Source: Prochlorococcus sp. AG-355-P07
GTDB lineage: Bacteria > Cyanobacteriota > Cyanobacteriia > PCC-6307 > Cyanobiaceae
Direction of reading: 5' to 3'
NCBI GenBank assembly: GCA_003280575.1
Contig: QCEN01000009.1
Span: 25-64,024 of the forward strand
Length of the DNA stretch: 64,000 bases
Part shown: piece by piece, positions 41,133 to 52,713 of the stretch
How positions within the stretch are numbered: the first letter of the stretch is position 1
Layout of the letters: each line of letters begins with the position of its first letter
Made by a program: the position numbers and the translations under genes
The notes under the pieces: model-generated
The model's database searches: none
The model's input: only the letters and a program-made list of their open reading frames with translations
Told to the model about the DNA's origin: nothing

Positions 41133-42494
41133 TTATGTCCTCAATAAGAACAAATTTAAGAAAGTCAATCCATTCCATAAAGAATGCATAATCACTGAAG
41201 AAAACAAACTCCCTGAAGCAATCCTTGTAATTGCCAATCCAATTCCTAGAACAAATAATGGCGGCATCTCTCCCAAACTTAAATGCGCCAAAGCAAAAAT
41301 AAAAGCTGAAACTATGACACCAGAAATTACCCCAAAATCTCTTGAAAGAGTTGGTAGTAAAATACCGCGAAATATAATCTCCTCAAATAGAGGAGCTAGT
41401 AGAGTTGTTGTTACAAATAATAAAAAAAATGATAAGTAATTATTATTATTAAGAACAATTTCCAGCAAAGGGTTACTACCATTCTGATTATCGATCAGAC
41501 TATTCATAATTAGTGAAATCAATAAAACAAAAGGTACGATTGTTAACCAACCTTTAATTCCTTGAATAATTGCGTATTTTATTGGCAAGAAATTGAACTG
41601 TAAATAATCCTTTTTAAAATTAAATTCACCATTCAAAGATTTAATTTGATAATAAACTATCCCTAATGGCGGAATAGCCATAAAAAAATATCCGAAGAAT
41701 ATTTTTAAAGATTGAGATAATTCATTAGAAATATTTTTAGAAAAAAGTTCAACTAAACTGATAGAGAGTAAAGGTGATAAAACTTCTCCTAAAACAACAA
41801 ATCCACCAGCAATTAATAAAACCATATCTATTAATTCTAAATCTAAGGATTTAATTTCTTGCAACCCAAACTTTTTCATAAATAAAGTATTCCATAATGT
41901 TTTTAAAGCCAGAATTGAGCCAAGAATAATTGTTAAAAGTGGAATTAGTCTGATGGCTAATATTTTTAAAAACATTTTGCTTGAAAATGATTTTGTTATT
42001 AATGAACTATCGTCAAAATCAAATTTCCGGCTTAAAAGGTGATATAAAAATCTATCTCCATTAAATAAATCAAAGATATCAGAATTTGGTTTATATGAAT
42101 TATTATTTGATTTTTTTTCTATCTCATCAATCAGTAATTTAAAGTTTTTATTTTCAAAATCTTTAGATATATTTTTATAGATTATAGAATCATTTGGTTC
42201 TGAAGAAATTATACGAATTAATTTATTTCTTTCTGTTAGTTCTTCAAATGAGACCTCAGATAGTGATTTATTTATTTGATCAACTGGGTCATTAATAATA
42301 AAAAATTTTTTAAGCTTTACAGGTATTGATTGGACAGATAATTCAGCAATTTCTTGTTCTTTTTGGCTTATATCAAATGAAACAGATGGTCTATTAAGAC
42401 TATCTCTTAAGCCTTGTTGCCATACAAAAAAAGTTATGACTATAGAAATAAAAGCTAAAGTGAGTTTAGACTTAGAAATATTTTTGAAGGTCAT
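41133..42494 (-). CDS. CPBP-family (CAAX/Abi) intramembrane metalloprotease
   Basis: EEIIFRG and FALAH motifs; polytopic. Confidence 0.75.
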   Translation of the reverse strand: MTFKNISKSKLTLAFISIVITFFVWQQGLRDSLNRPSVSFDISQKEQEIAELSVQSIPVKLKKFFIINDPVDQINKSLSEVSFEELTERNKLIRIISSEPNDSIIYKNISKDFENKNFKLLIDEIEKKSNNNSYKPNSDIFDLFNGDRFLYHLLSRKFDFDDSSLITKSFSSKMFLKILAIRLIPLLTIILGSILALKTLWNTLFMKKFGLQEIKSLDLELIDMVLLIAGGFVVLGEVLSPLLSISLVELFSKNISNELSQSLKIFFGYFFMAIPPLGIVYYQIKSLNGEFNFKKDYLQFNFLPIKYAIIQGIKGWLTIVPFVLLISLIMNSLIDNQNGSNPLLEIVLNNNNYLSFFLLFVTTTLLAPLFEEIIFRGILLPTLSRDFGVISGVIVSAFIFALAHLSLGEMPPLFVLGIGLAITRIASGSLFSSVIMHSLWNGLTFLNLFLLRT

Positions 42495-42611
42495 AACTTA
42501 TTATATTATTGAAAAACTATAATTATTTATCATTGAAGTTCATTATATTTCTGTTTCTATTTTAATCACGCCATGAGATGATTAAATTATCTTAATTTTC
42601 AAATTTATATA

Positions 42612-43940
42612 ATGGCCATAAGATTAGTTTTAGTTAGGCATGGACTAAGCAGTTTCAACGCAAAAGGATTAATTCAAGGAAGAACAGATGATTCATTGTT
42701 AACTGATGAAGGATACAATCAAGCCCGAAAAGCAGGAAAAGCATTATCAAAAATAAACTTTCATAAAATCTATTCCTCCCCACTTGTGAGAGCAGCAGAG
42801 ACTGCAAAAACAATTAAAGAGGCCTTCAATAAAGAACAAAATATTGTATTTGATGATAATTTGCTTGAGGTAGATCTTAGTGAATGGTCTGGTCTAAAAA
42901 TTGATGAAATAAAAAAGAAATTTCCAGAAATTTACCCTTTATGGAAAAATGATCCTGAAAATCTAATCTTAAAAAGAAATGATAATAAAACCTATAAACC
43001 AATTCAAGAGTTATTTTTTCAAGCAACAAATTTTTTAGAAGACATTTTAAAAATTTATCTAGATAAAGATGATGTGAATATTTTAGTTGTAGGACATAAT
43101 GCGATTCTCAGATGTTTAATCCTCTTGTTAATAGGTAAACCTAAGCAAGGTTTTAGGAAAATAAAATTAGAGAATGCTTCTTTCTCGATACTAAATATTT
43201 CTAAGAAAGATAACTCTTTCACGACCCAAATTGAATGCCTAAATCAAACTTCCCATCTGAATAAAAATATTCCAAATCAAGTTGGAGATTCCAGAATATT
43301 TCTAGTTAGGCATGGTGAAACAAACTGGAATAAAGAAGGGAGATTTCAAGGTCAAATTGATATCCCTCTAAATGAAAACGGAAAAGATCAAGCTAGAAAG
43401 ACTTTTGAATATTTGAGAAATATTTCTTTCAATAAGGCATTTTCAAGTTCAATGCATAGGCCTTATGAAACTGCACAAATTATCCTTCAAAATAGCAAAG
43501 ATTTAGAAATAGAAAAAATAGATTCGCTTGTAGAAATAAGTCACGGATTATGGGAGGGGAAACTGGAAGAAGAAATAAAAGAGCAGTGGCCTGTTTTACT
43601 AAAAAATTGGCATGATAAACCTGAAGAAGTAATAATGCCAGAAGGTGAATCTATAAAAGATGTATCAGAAAGGTCCGTAGAAGCTTTTAACAAAATTTGT
43701 CTATCTCAAAAGGATAATGATCTAAGCCTTCTGGTTGCTCATGATGCAGTCAATAAAACTCTAATTTGCAACATCCTTGGGATTAATTATTCAAATATTT
43801 GGATGATAAAACAAGGTAATGGTGGCATAACTATAATTGATCTTTTTAATGACCCCAATAAGCCCCCTGTGATTAGCGCTCTAAACATTACAACCCACCT
43901 AGGAGGAATAATTGATACAACTGCTTCAGGAGCACTTTAA
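42612..43940 (+). CDS. Tandem histidine-phosphatase (phosphoglycerate mutase family) protein
   Basis: Two RHG catalytic motifs (LVRHGLSSFN, LVRHGETNWN), each followed by its own domain. Confidence 0.8.
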   Translation: MAIRLVLVRHGLSSFNAKGLIQGRTDDSLLTDEGYNQARKAGKALSKINFHKIYSSPLVRAAETAKTIKEAFNKEQNIVFDDNLLEVDLSEWSGLKIDEIKKKFPEIYPLWKNDPENLILKRNDNKTYKPIQELFFQATNFLEDILKIYLDKDDVNILVVGHNAILRCLILLLIGKPKQGFRKIKLENASFSILNISKKDNSFTTQIECLNQTSHLNKNIPNQVGDSRIFLVRHGETNWNKEGRFQGQIDIPLNENGKDQARKTFEYLRNISFNKAFSSSMHRPYETAQIILQNSKDLEIEKIDSLVEISHGLWEGKLEEEIKEQWPVLLKNWHDKPEEVIMPEGESIKDVSERSVEAFNKICLSQKDNDLSLLVAHDAVNKTLICNILGINYSNIWMIKQGNGGITIIDLFNDPNKPPVISALNITTHLGGIIDTTASGAL

Positions 43941-43994
43941 ATTAAAACCCTTTTAAAAATTAGTTTTGATGAAGTCAGAAGAAGAAAAAGAGGG

Positions 43995-44654
43995 TTATTT
44001 ATTGAAAAAACCAACTTGACTAAGAGGCCAAAATCTAAAATATGCTTTACCAATTATCTCCTTTTTATGGAGAAATTTACTTCCAGGCCAATATCTACCA
44101 TCCCAGCTATTTGACCTATTATCACCCAATACTAAAAAATGATCTTCAGGAACTTTTGTATTTTCAAATTTACCACATTTATTAAATATTGATAATGAGC
44201 ACTTGTAAGAGACATAAGGTTCAGGTATTAATTTATTATTTATTATTAATTCACCCTTCTTGTTTACGCTGACAATTTCTCCTGGAAGTGCTACTACTCT
44301 TTTAATATACGCATCGCAAGCTTGATCCCTCAAGCCAGGAATAAACGACATCGGAGGAAAACTCATAAAAAAACAATATCTTTTTTTTGGCAGAGGCTTA
44401 GATCTTGATGAAATTAATTTTTCGTCAAAGGAGTAAGGAGAGTTAAAAACAACAATATCTCCTCTTTTTGGTAAAGAGTTTCTTAGCGAAAATTTTTCAA
44501 TAATTAGCCTATCGTTTATTTGTAATTCTGGGAGCATTGATCCAGAAGGGATATAACGCGGTTCAGCGAGAAAAGATCTACAAGAAGAAACAAAAAAAGT
44601 TAATAGAATTAGTAGACCCCATTCTTTTAAAAAACTTTTAATAGAAGCATGCAT
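43995..44654 (-). CDS. lepB: Signal peptidase I
   Basis: SGSMLPEL (catalytic Ser), YIKRVVALPGE (Lys) and GDNRSNSWDGR motifs. Confidence 0.9.
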   Translation of the reverse strand: MHASIKSFLKEWGLLILLTFFVSSCRSFLAEPRYIPSGSMLPELQINDRLIIEKFSLRNSLPKRGDIVVFNSPYSFDEKLISSRSKPLPKKRYCFFMSFPPMSFIPGLRDQACDAYIKRVVALPGEIVSVNKKGELIINNKLIPEPYVSYKCSLSIFNKCGKFENTKVPEDHFLVLGDNRSNSWDGRYWPGSKFLHKKEIIGKAYFRFWPLSQVGFFNK

Positions 44655-44683
44655 AAAATTAATAAAATTTTGATTTTTTAAAC

Positions 44684-45040
44684 TTATATAAATTGTTTGG
44701 CATATTCAATTTCATTAAAACCTAATATTACTTTTTTCCCTTCGTAAATCAAAAATGGTCTTTTTATTAATTTGCCATCACTTAAAAGAAGTTGAATAAT
44801 TTCTTGCCTAGATAAACCATAAATATCAATATTAAGATTTTTAAAAGCTTTACCTCTTGTATTAAAAACCCTTTTCTTATCATCAGAGTATTCATCTAAA
44901 GCTAGATTTAAATAATTAACATGTGGAGGTTCTTTTACAATATCAATTAATTGGAATTCATAATCTTTGTTTTTAAGCCACTTTGCAGCTTTTCTGCAAG
45001 TAGAGCATTTCAAATAACTATAAAAAATGATTTTTTTCAA
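44684..45040 (-). CDS. ArsC/Spx/YffB-family small thioredoxin-fold protein
   Basis: 118 aa; N-terminal CSTCRKA motif and KRPF motif. Confidence 0.7.
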   Translation of the reverse strand: MKKIIFYSYLKCSTCRKAAKWLKNKDYEFQLIDIVKEPPHVNYLNLALDEYSDDKKRVFNTRGKAFKNLNIDIYGLSRQEIIQLLLSDGKLIKRPFLIYEGKKVILGFNEIEYAKQFI

Positions 45041-45591
45041 TTTAATTTAGTAATTTTTGATTTCTTAAGTACTTTAAAGTTTTTCTTTTTTAGGGGCATA
45101 CAACTTTTCAATAAATTTTCAACCACATCAAAATCCCTCCAACCGTCAATTTTAACTGTTCTTCCATCAAGTCCTTTACTTGTTCTAAAAAATTCAGCAA
45201 CATCCTCAAGCTGATTAGGAGCAATTTGATTAATACTCACTATATTGGCCTGTCTAGCATTAGCAATAGGCACACATAAAAGTTTTCCATCATACGCACC
45301 ACAATCATGCATATCCAAAACTCCAATAGGTCTAGCTTTTATTAAACAACCAGCAAAAGTTGGCTCGTCCATTATCACCATTGCATCAAGAGGAGCTCCA
45401 TCATCAGCAAGGGTATTTGGGATAAAACCATAATCAAACGGGTACCTAACTGAAGAATGCAATACTCTATCTAAGGCCATTATTCCTGCAACAGAGCAAT
45501 ATTCATATTTATTCCTGCTACCTGCAGGTATTTCAACAACAATATTTACTATTCCCTTCATTGGAGATGGAGGTATTGAACTAAGGTCCAT
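45037..45591 (-). CDS. ppa: Family I inorganic pyrophosphatase homologue (typical cyanobacterial type) with substitutions at catalytic positions
   Basis: MDLSSIPPSP..VEIPAGSRNKYEY..YPFDYGFIPNT. However, the DGDPLD motif reads DGAPLD (codon GCT, complement of 45394-45396), and the conserved (S)YK motif reads TSK. Confidence 0.85.
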   Translation of the reverse strand: MDLSSIPPSPMKGIVNIVVEIPAGSRNKYEYCSVAGIMALDRVLHSSVRYPFDYGFIPNTLADDGAPLDAMVIMDEPTFAGCLIKARPIGVLDMHDCGAYDGKLLCVPIANARQANIVSINQIAPNQLEDVAEFFRTSKGLDGRTVKIDGWRDFDVVENLLKSCMPLKKKNFKVLKKSKITKLN

Positions 45592-45835
45592 CTTTTTTAA
45601 AATCCTGATTATGAATTATCTCGTTTCCTTTAGAAAAAGGTCTTCCAATTAAAATGCTTATTGAAGGTAAAAGGATTGTCAAAAATGCAAAAATAATACC
45701 TAAAGATGTTATGGATAAACTCCTTATACTTAAGGGGTCATCATCATCTCTTTCAAAATCATTTCGAGCAGAACCAATAGAAGATTCTTCGCTTGATTTA
45801 CTTTGAATAAACTGCTTTGATTTCGTGTAACTCAA
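45581..45835 (-). CDS. Hypothetical small membrane protein (one TM)
   Basis: 84-aa ORF overlapping the ppa start by 11 nt. No recognisable domain. Confidence 0.4.
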   Translation of the reverse strand: MSYTKSKQFIQSKSSEESSIGSARNDFERDDDDPLSIRSLSITSLGIIFAFLTILLPSISILIGRPFSKGNEIIHNQDFKKDGP

Positions 45836-45931
45836 GAACTCTTGATTGGTAAAGACTAAGGAGATAATTAAACATCATTATCCTACATTCAAAATGTCAA
45901 TAAATCAAAACATTGATTAGTAACTTTTTAA

Positions 45932-46282
45932 TTACTCTTTTTCTAGCAAAGACCTAATAGATTTTAGTTCTTCTAATATTTGTACCAGAATATTTTGAGT
46001 AGCAGAGGAAGGTGTATTAAAGACCTCTACAGTAACTTCTTTAATTCTTAGAATATCTTTTGCGAATCTTGCTACTTCATTAGGATGGAATTTCAATGGA
46101 TCTTTTTGATCAGTTCTAAATTCGGGATTTAATTTTCTTGGATTAAAGCTAGGGTTTAGATTTCTTAAATCTGTATTTGTATACCTATAGACAGAAGCTC
46201 TCGATCTGTTTAGGAATTTTTGGACTTCATCGATACCTACTAATTCCTCTTCGCTATAAATATTGGAATCTATATTTTCCAT
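45932..46282 (-). CDS. Hypothetical protein with N-terminal HTH-like segment (VQKFLNRSRASVYRYT)
   Basis: 116-aa ORF with an excisionase/MerR-like HTH pattern. Tentative. Confidence 0.45.
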   Translation of the reverse strand: MENIDSNIYSEEELVGIDEVQKFLNRSRASVYRYTNTDLRNLNPSFNPRKLNPEFRTDQKDPLKFHPNEVARFAKDILRIKEVTVEVFNTPSSATQNILVQILEELKSIRSLLEKE

Positions 46283-46458
46283 AGACTTAAGAAAAACGTT
46301 TTAGTAATAAAAAACTTTTTAAGAGAGTTTGAACTTCATTACTGAAGAAGTTAGCAGAAACAATATTTTTAGACTAGCCGCGTTGAGGGACTCAAGACAC
46401 TTTAAATTATTTTTTCATCTTAATTGATAAAATTAAATATTATTAAGGATTTTTTTGT

Positions 46459-48261
46459 ATGCGCGTGACAACCTCATTTCCTCTGGGGACACTTCGTGAC
46501 ACACCTTCTGAAGCTGAGATTATTTCACATCAATTACTCTTAAAAGCTGGGTATATTCGCAGAGTTAGCAGTGGTATTTATGCATACATGCCAATAATGC
46601 TTAGAGTTATTGAAAAAATATCTGCAATCATAGATAGAGAGCTTAATATTATTGGTTGTACAAAATTACTATTACCCCAACTTCATCCTGCAGATTTATG
46701 GAGAAAAAGTGAAAGGTGGGAAGGTTACACTGCAGGGGAAGGAATAATGTTTAATCTCAAGGACAGACAAGGTAAAGAGTTTGGTTTAGCTCCAACTCAC
46801 GAAGAGGTGATCACGAGTATTGCATCAGAGACCATCAAATCCTATAAGCAATTACCTCAATGTTTTTATCAAATTCAGACAAAATTTAGAGATGAAATAA
46901 GGCCAAGGTTTGGATTAATGAGAAGTAGGGAATTTATAATGAAAGATGGTTATTCTTTTCATTCTTCAGAAAAAGATCTGTCTTCTTTCTATGAAAAGGT
47001 GGGCAATGCTTATGAAAATATTTTTAAATCTTGTGGACTGCAAACAGTAGGGGTTGATGCTGATAGTGGAGCAATTGGCGGTGCCTCCTCCAAAGAATTT
47101 ATGGTCACGGCTGATGCTGGGGAAGATTCCATTTTGTTTACTCAAAGTGGTTCTTATGCGGCAAATATTGAAAAAGCTGTTTCTCTACCCTCTCAACCTA
47201 TTCCGCTAAAAGATAATATTGCAGAGTGGTTGGAAACACCTCAACAAAAAACAATCCTAGAAGTTTGCGATAATAATAATTTAGACCCTAGTCAGATTAT
47301 TAAAGTAGTAATATTCCTTGCACAGTTCGAAGGTGATTTTGATGTGCCAATTCTTGCATGCATAAGAGGCGATCAACACATTAATGAAGTAAAGCTTTTT
47401 AACTTAATCAATAAACTTCATAATTTCAATCTCCTTAATCTAAAAAAGATTGAAGACAAAAATACTATCGAAAAAAATCTAGTTAATTTTCCTTTAGGTT
47501 TTATCGGGCCAGATTTAAATAATAAAACTATTAAAGCTAATTCAAATTGGGACAAAAAATGGACAAGAATAATTGATCACTCCGCGAGCGACCTTTCAAG
47601 GTTTATAAGCGGTGGGAATAAAGCTAATTTCCATAAAGTTTTTCAAGAATATTCTTTTACTTCGAAAGAATATCTAATTGGGGATATCAGGAATGCAAAA
47701 AAAGGAGATAGAATAAGCATTGATGATGATGAAGAACTTAAAGAAAAAAAAGGTATCGAGATTGGACATATTTTCCAACTAGGTCAAAAATATAGTGAAA
47801 AATTAAACGCAAAGTTCTCAGATAAGGATGGTCAGTTAAAAAATTTATGGATGGGTTGTTATGGAATAGGAGTTACCAGAATAGCTCAAGCTGCTATCGA
47901 ACAAAACCATGATCAAAAGGGAATTTGTTGGCCTATCCAGATTTCTCCTTTTGAAGTTATTATTATTCCAACAAATCTAAAAGATCCTATTCAAAGTGAT
48001 CTTACTGAGCAAATCTACAACGACTTTTTAATTAATAAAATCGATGTCCTTCTTGATGATAGAAACGATAGAGCTGGAGTAAAATTTAAAGATGCAGAAT
48101 TAATTGGTATTCCTTTTCAGATAATTATTGGCAGAGATTCTATTAATAGAGAAGTAGAACTTTTATGCAGGACAAATAATACTAAGTTTAAAATTAGTAC
48201 TGATAAATTGTTGGAAACATTTATTTCCGAATCAGAAATAATGTACAATAAAAAGTCTTAA
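46459..48261 (+). CDS. proS: Prolyl-tRNA synthetase
   Basis: 600 aa; class II motifs (RPRFGLMRSREFIMKD, GCYGIGVTR) and an editing insertion. Confidence 0.95.
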   Translation: MRVTTSFPLGTLRDTPSEAEIISHQLLLKAGYIRRVSSGIYAYMPIMLRVIEKISAIIDRELNIIGCTKLLLPQLHPADLWRKSERWEGYTAGEGIMFNLKDRQGKEFGLAPTHEEVITSIASETIKSYKQLPQCFYQIQTKFRDEIRPRFGLMRSREFIMKDGYSFHSSEKDLSSFYEKVGNAYENIFKSCGLQTVGVDADSGAIGGASSKEFMVTADAGEDSILFTQSGSYAANIEKAVSLPSQPIPLKDNIAEWLETPQQKTILEVCDNNNLDPSQIIKVVIFLAQFEGDFDVPILACIRGDQHINEVKLFNLINKLHNFNLLNLKKIEDKNTIEKNLVNFPLGFIGPDLNNKTIKANSNWDKKWTRIIDHSASDLSRFISGGNKANFHKVFQEYSFTSKEYLIGDIRNAKKGDRISIDDDEELKEKKGIEIGHIFQLGQKYSEKLNAKFSDKDGQLKNLWMGCYGIGVTRIAQAAIEQNHDQKGICWPIQISPFEVIIIPTNLKDPIQSDLTEQIYNDFLINKIDVLLDDRNDRAGVKFKDAELIGIPFQIIIGRDSINREVELLCRTNNTKFKISTDKLLETFISESEIMYNKKS

Positions 48262-48286
48262 GGCTTATTTTTTTGGGAGCTAAGTT

Positions 48287-48724
48287 ATGTTACTGAAATG
48301 GACATCGAAATTATTTTTTAAAAATCTTGCCAAAGCTATATCTTTTTCAATATCCTTAATTGTTGTTTTTACACTATTCAGTTATCCTTCTTTAGCAGCA
48401 AAAACCTCTATGACAGGTGACTATACGAAAGATACAATTTCAGTTGTAAAAACATTACAAACAGCTGTTGATACTCCAAAAGATTCTGCAAATAAAGATG
48501 AAGTAAGAATTGAGGCTCTTACACTTATAACTGACTATATTTCTAGATACAGAAATAGAGGAATGGTGAATAAAACACAATCATTTACTACCATGCAAAC
48601 AGCTTTAAATGCTATGGCAGGTCATTACAAAAACTTTGCAAGTAGACCTTTACCAGATAAACTTAAGGAGCGTTTAACGAAAGAATTTTCTCTTGCTGAA
48701 AAAATGGTTCTAAGAGAAAGTTGA
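48287..48724 (+). CDS. psb27: Photosystem II assembly lipoprotein Psb27
   Basis: Signal/lipobox-like N-terminus followed by TGDYTKDTISVVKTLQ, typical of Psb27. Confidence 0.8.
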   Translation: MLLKWTSKLFFKNLAKAISFSISLIVVFTLFSYPSLAAKTSMTGDYTKDTISVVKTLQTAVDTPKDSANKDEVRIEALTLITDYISRYRNRGMVNKTQSFTTMQTALNAMAGHYKNFASRPLPDKLKERLTKEFSLAEKMVLRES

Positions 48725-48732
48725 TACAAATC

Positions 48733-50116
<1,384 letters not shown>

Positions 50117-50130
50117 TTTAGTCTAAATTC

Positions 50131-51135
50131 ATGAAGGGATCTTTTAGACATTCTGATCATAATAAAAAGTTTGATCTCATTGCTCTGGGCAACGCAATAG
50201 TAGATATTATTGTCAATATTGAAGATGAGTTTCTTGAGATAAATAATCTGGATAAAGGATCAATGAATCTAATTGATTCTGATGAATCTCAGAGATTGTT
50301 AGAAAATTGCAAAGTGATCAAACAAATTTCAGGTGGGTCCTCAGCAAATACCGTTGTTTCTTTAGCAGAATTAGGCAATCATGTGCAGTTTATAGGAAGA
50401 GTGAAAAATGATCAATTTGGGGATTTCTTTTCTGACGATATAAAAAAAAGTAAAACTATATTTAATACCCCACCTACTATTGAAGGTGCTCCAACAGCTC
50501 ATTCAATCATTTTGATTACACCTGATGCACAAAGAACTATGTGCACTTACCTAGGAGCATCTGTTGAGTTTGAACCAAAAGACATTGACTTTAATGTAAT
50601 TAAAGAAAGTAAATACTTATATTTAGAGGGATATTTATGGGACAGCGAATTAGCTAAAAAAGCTTTTATTAAAGCCGCCCAAATTGCAAAAGAATCTAAT
50701 ACAAAAATAATCCTTTCTTTGTCTGATTCATTTTGTGTGGATAGACATCGTGAGAGTTTCTTGGAATTAATTTATGAATATGTAGATATTGTTTTTTGTA
50801 ATGAATCCGAGGTATTAAGTCTATTTAAAAATGATAAATTAGCAAGCTGCCAGGGAGACCTATCTTCCTTATGTAAATTAGTCATAGTAACTCTTGGAAG
50901 CAATGGTTCTCTGATCGTTAACAAAAATAATGTTGAAATAATTGAGTCAATAACGAAAGGCAAGATTATTGATACTACAGGAGCGGGAGATATCTATGCG
51001 GGAGGATTTATCCATGGATTAATAAACAATTGTTCCCTCAAAAAATGCGGAGAGATTGCTTCAATTTGTGCGGGGCAAATAATTACGCAATTAGGATCTA
51101 GATCAGATATTGATCTTAAAGAGTTAATTAAATAG
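50131..51135 (+). CDS. PfkB-family carbohydrate/nucleoside kinase (adenosine-kinase-like)
   Basis: DTTGAGDIYAGGF signature near the C-terminus. Confidence 0.8.
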   Translation: MKGSFRHSDHNKKFDLIALGNAIVDIIVNIEDEFLEINNLDKGSMNLIDSDESQRLLENCKVIKQISGGSSANTVVSLAELGNHVQFIGRVKNDQFGDFFSDDIKKSKTIFNTPPTIEGAPTAHSIILITPDAQRTMCTYLGASVEFEPKDIDFNVIKESKYLYLEGYLWDSELAKKAFIKAAQIAKESNTKIILSLSDSFCVDRHRESFLELIYEYVDIVFCNESEVLSLFKNDKLASCQGDLSSLCKLVIVTLGSNGSLIVNKNNVEIIESITKGKIIDTTGAGDIYAGGFIHGLINNCSLKKCGEIASICAGQIITQLGSRSDIDLKELIK

Positions 51136-51141
51136 ATTTAA

Positions 51142-51450
51142 TCAAATAGTCTTATTCACCCAATCATAATATTTCATCTCAGCATGATATTTTTTGTAAA
51201 TAATTTGAGGGACATCATATGTGGAATTTTTATTTACGAAATCAATTAAAAAATCTTTAAATTCTAGTTTACTTTTTATTGTGATTTCAAACTCTTTAGT
51301 TTCTTCAATATAATCATCCCACTTATAAATTGAAAAAATTTGCTTTATCGAAACACAAGCTGCAAGTTTATTTTGTATTAGTAATTTAGCCATTCGCAAA
51401 GCATTTGCCTTACTTGATTCAGTTGTGATCATAACTAATACTTCCATCAT
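51142..51450 (-). CDS. cutA: CutA divalent-cation tolerance protein
   Basis: 102 aa; KLAACVSI and YKW motifs. Confidence 0.8.
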   Translation of the reverse strand: MMEVLVMITTESSKANALRMAKLLIQNKLAACVSIKQIFSIYKWDDYIEETKEFEITIKSKLEFKDFLIDFVNKNSTYDVPQIIYKKYHAEMKYYDWVNKTI

Positions 51451-51460
51451 GAATTAAACA

Positions 51461-52258
51461 TCAATATTTTTTAATTATGTGATTTATCAAATTGTTATAT
51501 TGATCAAAAGAGTAAGAATAATCATTTTTAATTTTCGGCCTTTTAACCAAAAATAACTTCATCTTACTTCCAGAAACTATACTCTCCCAGTTTTTCTGAG
51601 AATAACTTCCAGATTCTCTGCATAGAATATAATCTATCTCCCAAAAATCACAAAGTTTTTTTTCTAAAATTCTTTTATTATTTTTACTCGGTTCAAGGAT
51701 CGCTATGTTTGAATTTTTAATACATGATCCAAAAGCTTTTGTAATACTCTCATAGGTTGGGAGTATCCTTGCAAATACATTTGCTTTACAATTCATATAA
51801 TAACTAGCTGTATCGTTTAGGAATCTTGATCCTATTGCAAGGAGAATATTCTTATTCTCAATATTAAAATTATTTATATCCTTTAAATCATCAATATAAA
51901 AAAAATTATTATTGTTATTTATTAGAGATTTCCTCTCAAATAGTAAAAGAGGTGTATTAATTTCTTTACATGCATTATTAAGATTTTTAGAAATTATTAC
52001 GGCAAACGGATGAGTAGCATCTACGACGCATGTAATTTTATTTTTATTTATGAAATTAATTATTTGATCTTTATTATTTAATTTCCCCGTAATGATATGT
52101 AACTTTGGATTCTTAATATAAGCTTGCCCTGCTTTATAAGTTAAAACACTTGCAAAGACTGAATAATTAAGTTCAAGAAGCCTATTAGCTATTACAGGTC
52201 CATCCGAAGTTCCTGATAGGATCCAAACATTTTTATAGCAATTTCCTTGATTCTGCAT
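51461..52258 (-). CDS. cobK: Precorrin-6A/cobalt-precorrin-6A reductase
   Basis: 265 aa; N-terminal VWILSGTSDG and DATHPFA motifs. Confidence 0.7.
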   Translation of the reverse strand: MQNQGNCYKNVWILSGTSDGPVIANRLLELNYSVFASVLTYKAGQAYIKNPKLHIITGKLNNKDQIINFINKNKITCVVDATHPFAVIISKNLNNACKEINTPLLLFERKSLINNNNNFFYIDDLKDINNFNIENKNILLAIGSRFLNDTASYYMNCKANVFARILPTYESITKAFGSCIKNSNIAILEPSKNNKRILEKKLCDFWEIDYILCRESGSYSQKNWESIVSGSKMKLFLVKRPKIKNDYSYSFDQYNNLINHIIKKY

Positions 52259-52286
52259 CAGTATGTCTTTAATTAAATAGTAAGTA

Positions 52287-52712
52287 ATGAATCATTGTTT
52301 AATTCAGGCGGTCATTAATAGCGCTCCCCAAATGAGGTATACCAAAGAAAACCAAACTCCAATTGCAGAAATGATTGTTAATTTTAAAGGATTACGTAGT
52401 GATGATCCAACCAGAGATCTCAAGATCATAGGATGGGGAAATATTGCCCAAGAAATGGTAGATGAACTAAAGGAAGGGCAAAATATTGTTATTGAGGGAC
52501 GTCTAAAGATGAATTCTGTCACTAGAAAAGATGGAACGAAAGAAAAGCAACCAGAACTAACAGCTTCAAAAATTCATCAAATATCTCCAGTTGATGTTAT
52601 TAAATCTGATCAAAAAGAAAATAATGAGTCATTTGAAAATAAAGAAACTTCCAAAAAATCTAATTGGGATAGTTCACCTTTAGTACCTGAAGTTGACGAA
52701 ATACCTTTTTAA
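52287..52712 (+). CDS. ssb: Single-stranded DNA-binding protein (OB fold, acidic C-terminal DEIPF tail)
   Basis: RYTKENQTPIAEM OB-fold N-terminus. The C-terminal DEIPF resembles the SSB interaction tail. Confidence 0.8.
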   Translation: MNHCLIQAVINSAPQMRYTKENQTPIAEMIVNFKGLRSDDPTRDLKIIGWGNIAQEMVDELKEGQNIVIEGRLKMNSVTRKDGTKEKQPELTASKIHQISPVDVIKSDQKENNESFENKETSKKSNWDSSPLVPEVDEIPF

Positions 52713-52713
52713 A

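Noticed and set aside
46283-46458. 176-nt spacer upstream of proS with small hairpins (AACTTC/GAAGTT, TTGAG/CTCAA), considered as a possible ncRNA or T-box-like leader
   Set aside because: The stems are only 5-6 bp. I recognise no conserved T-box, SRP, 6S or Yfr-type sequence, and there are no promoter or terminator signatures that I can defend.
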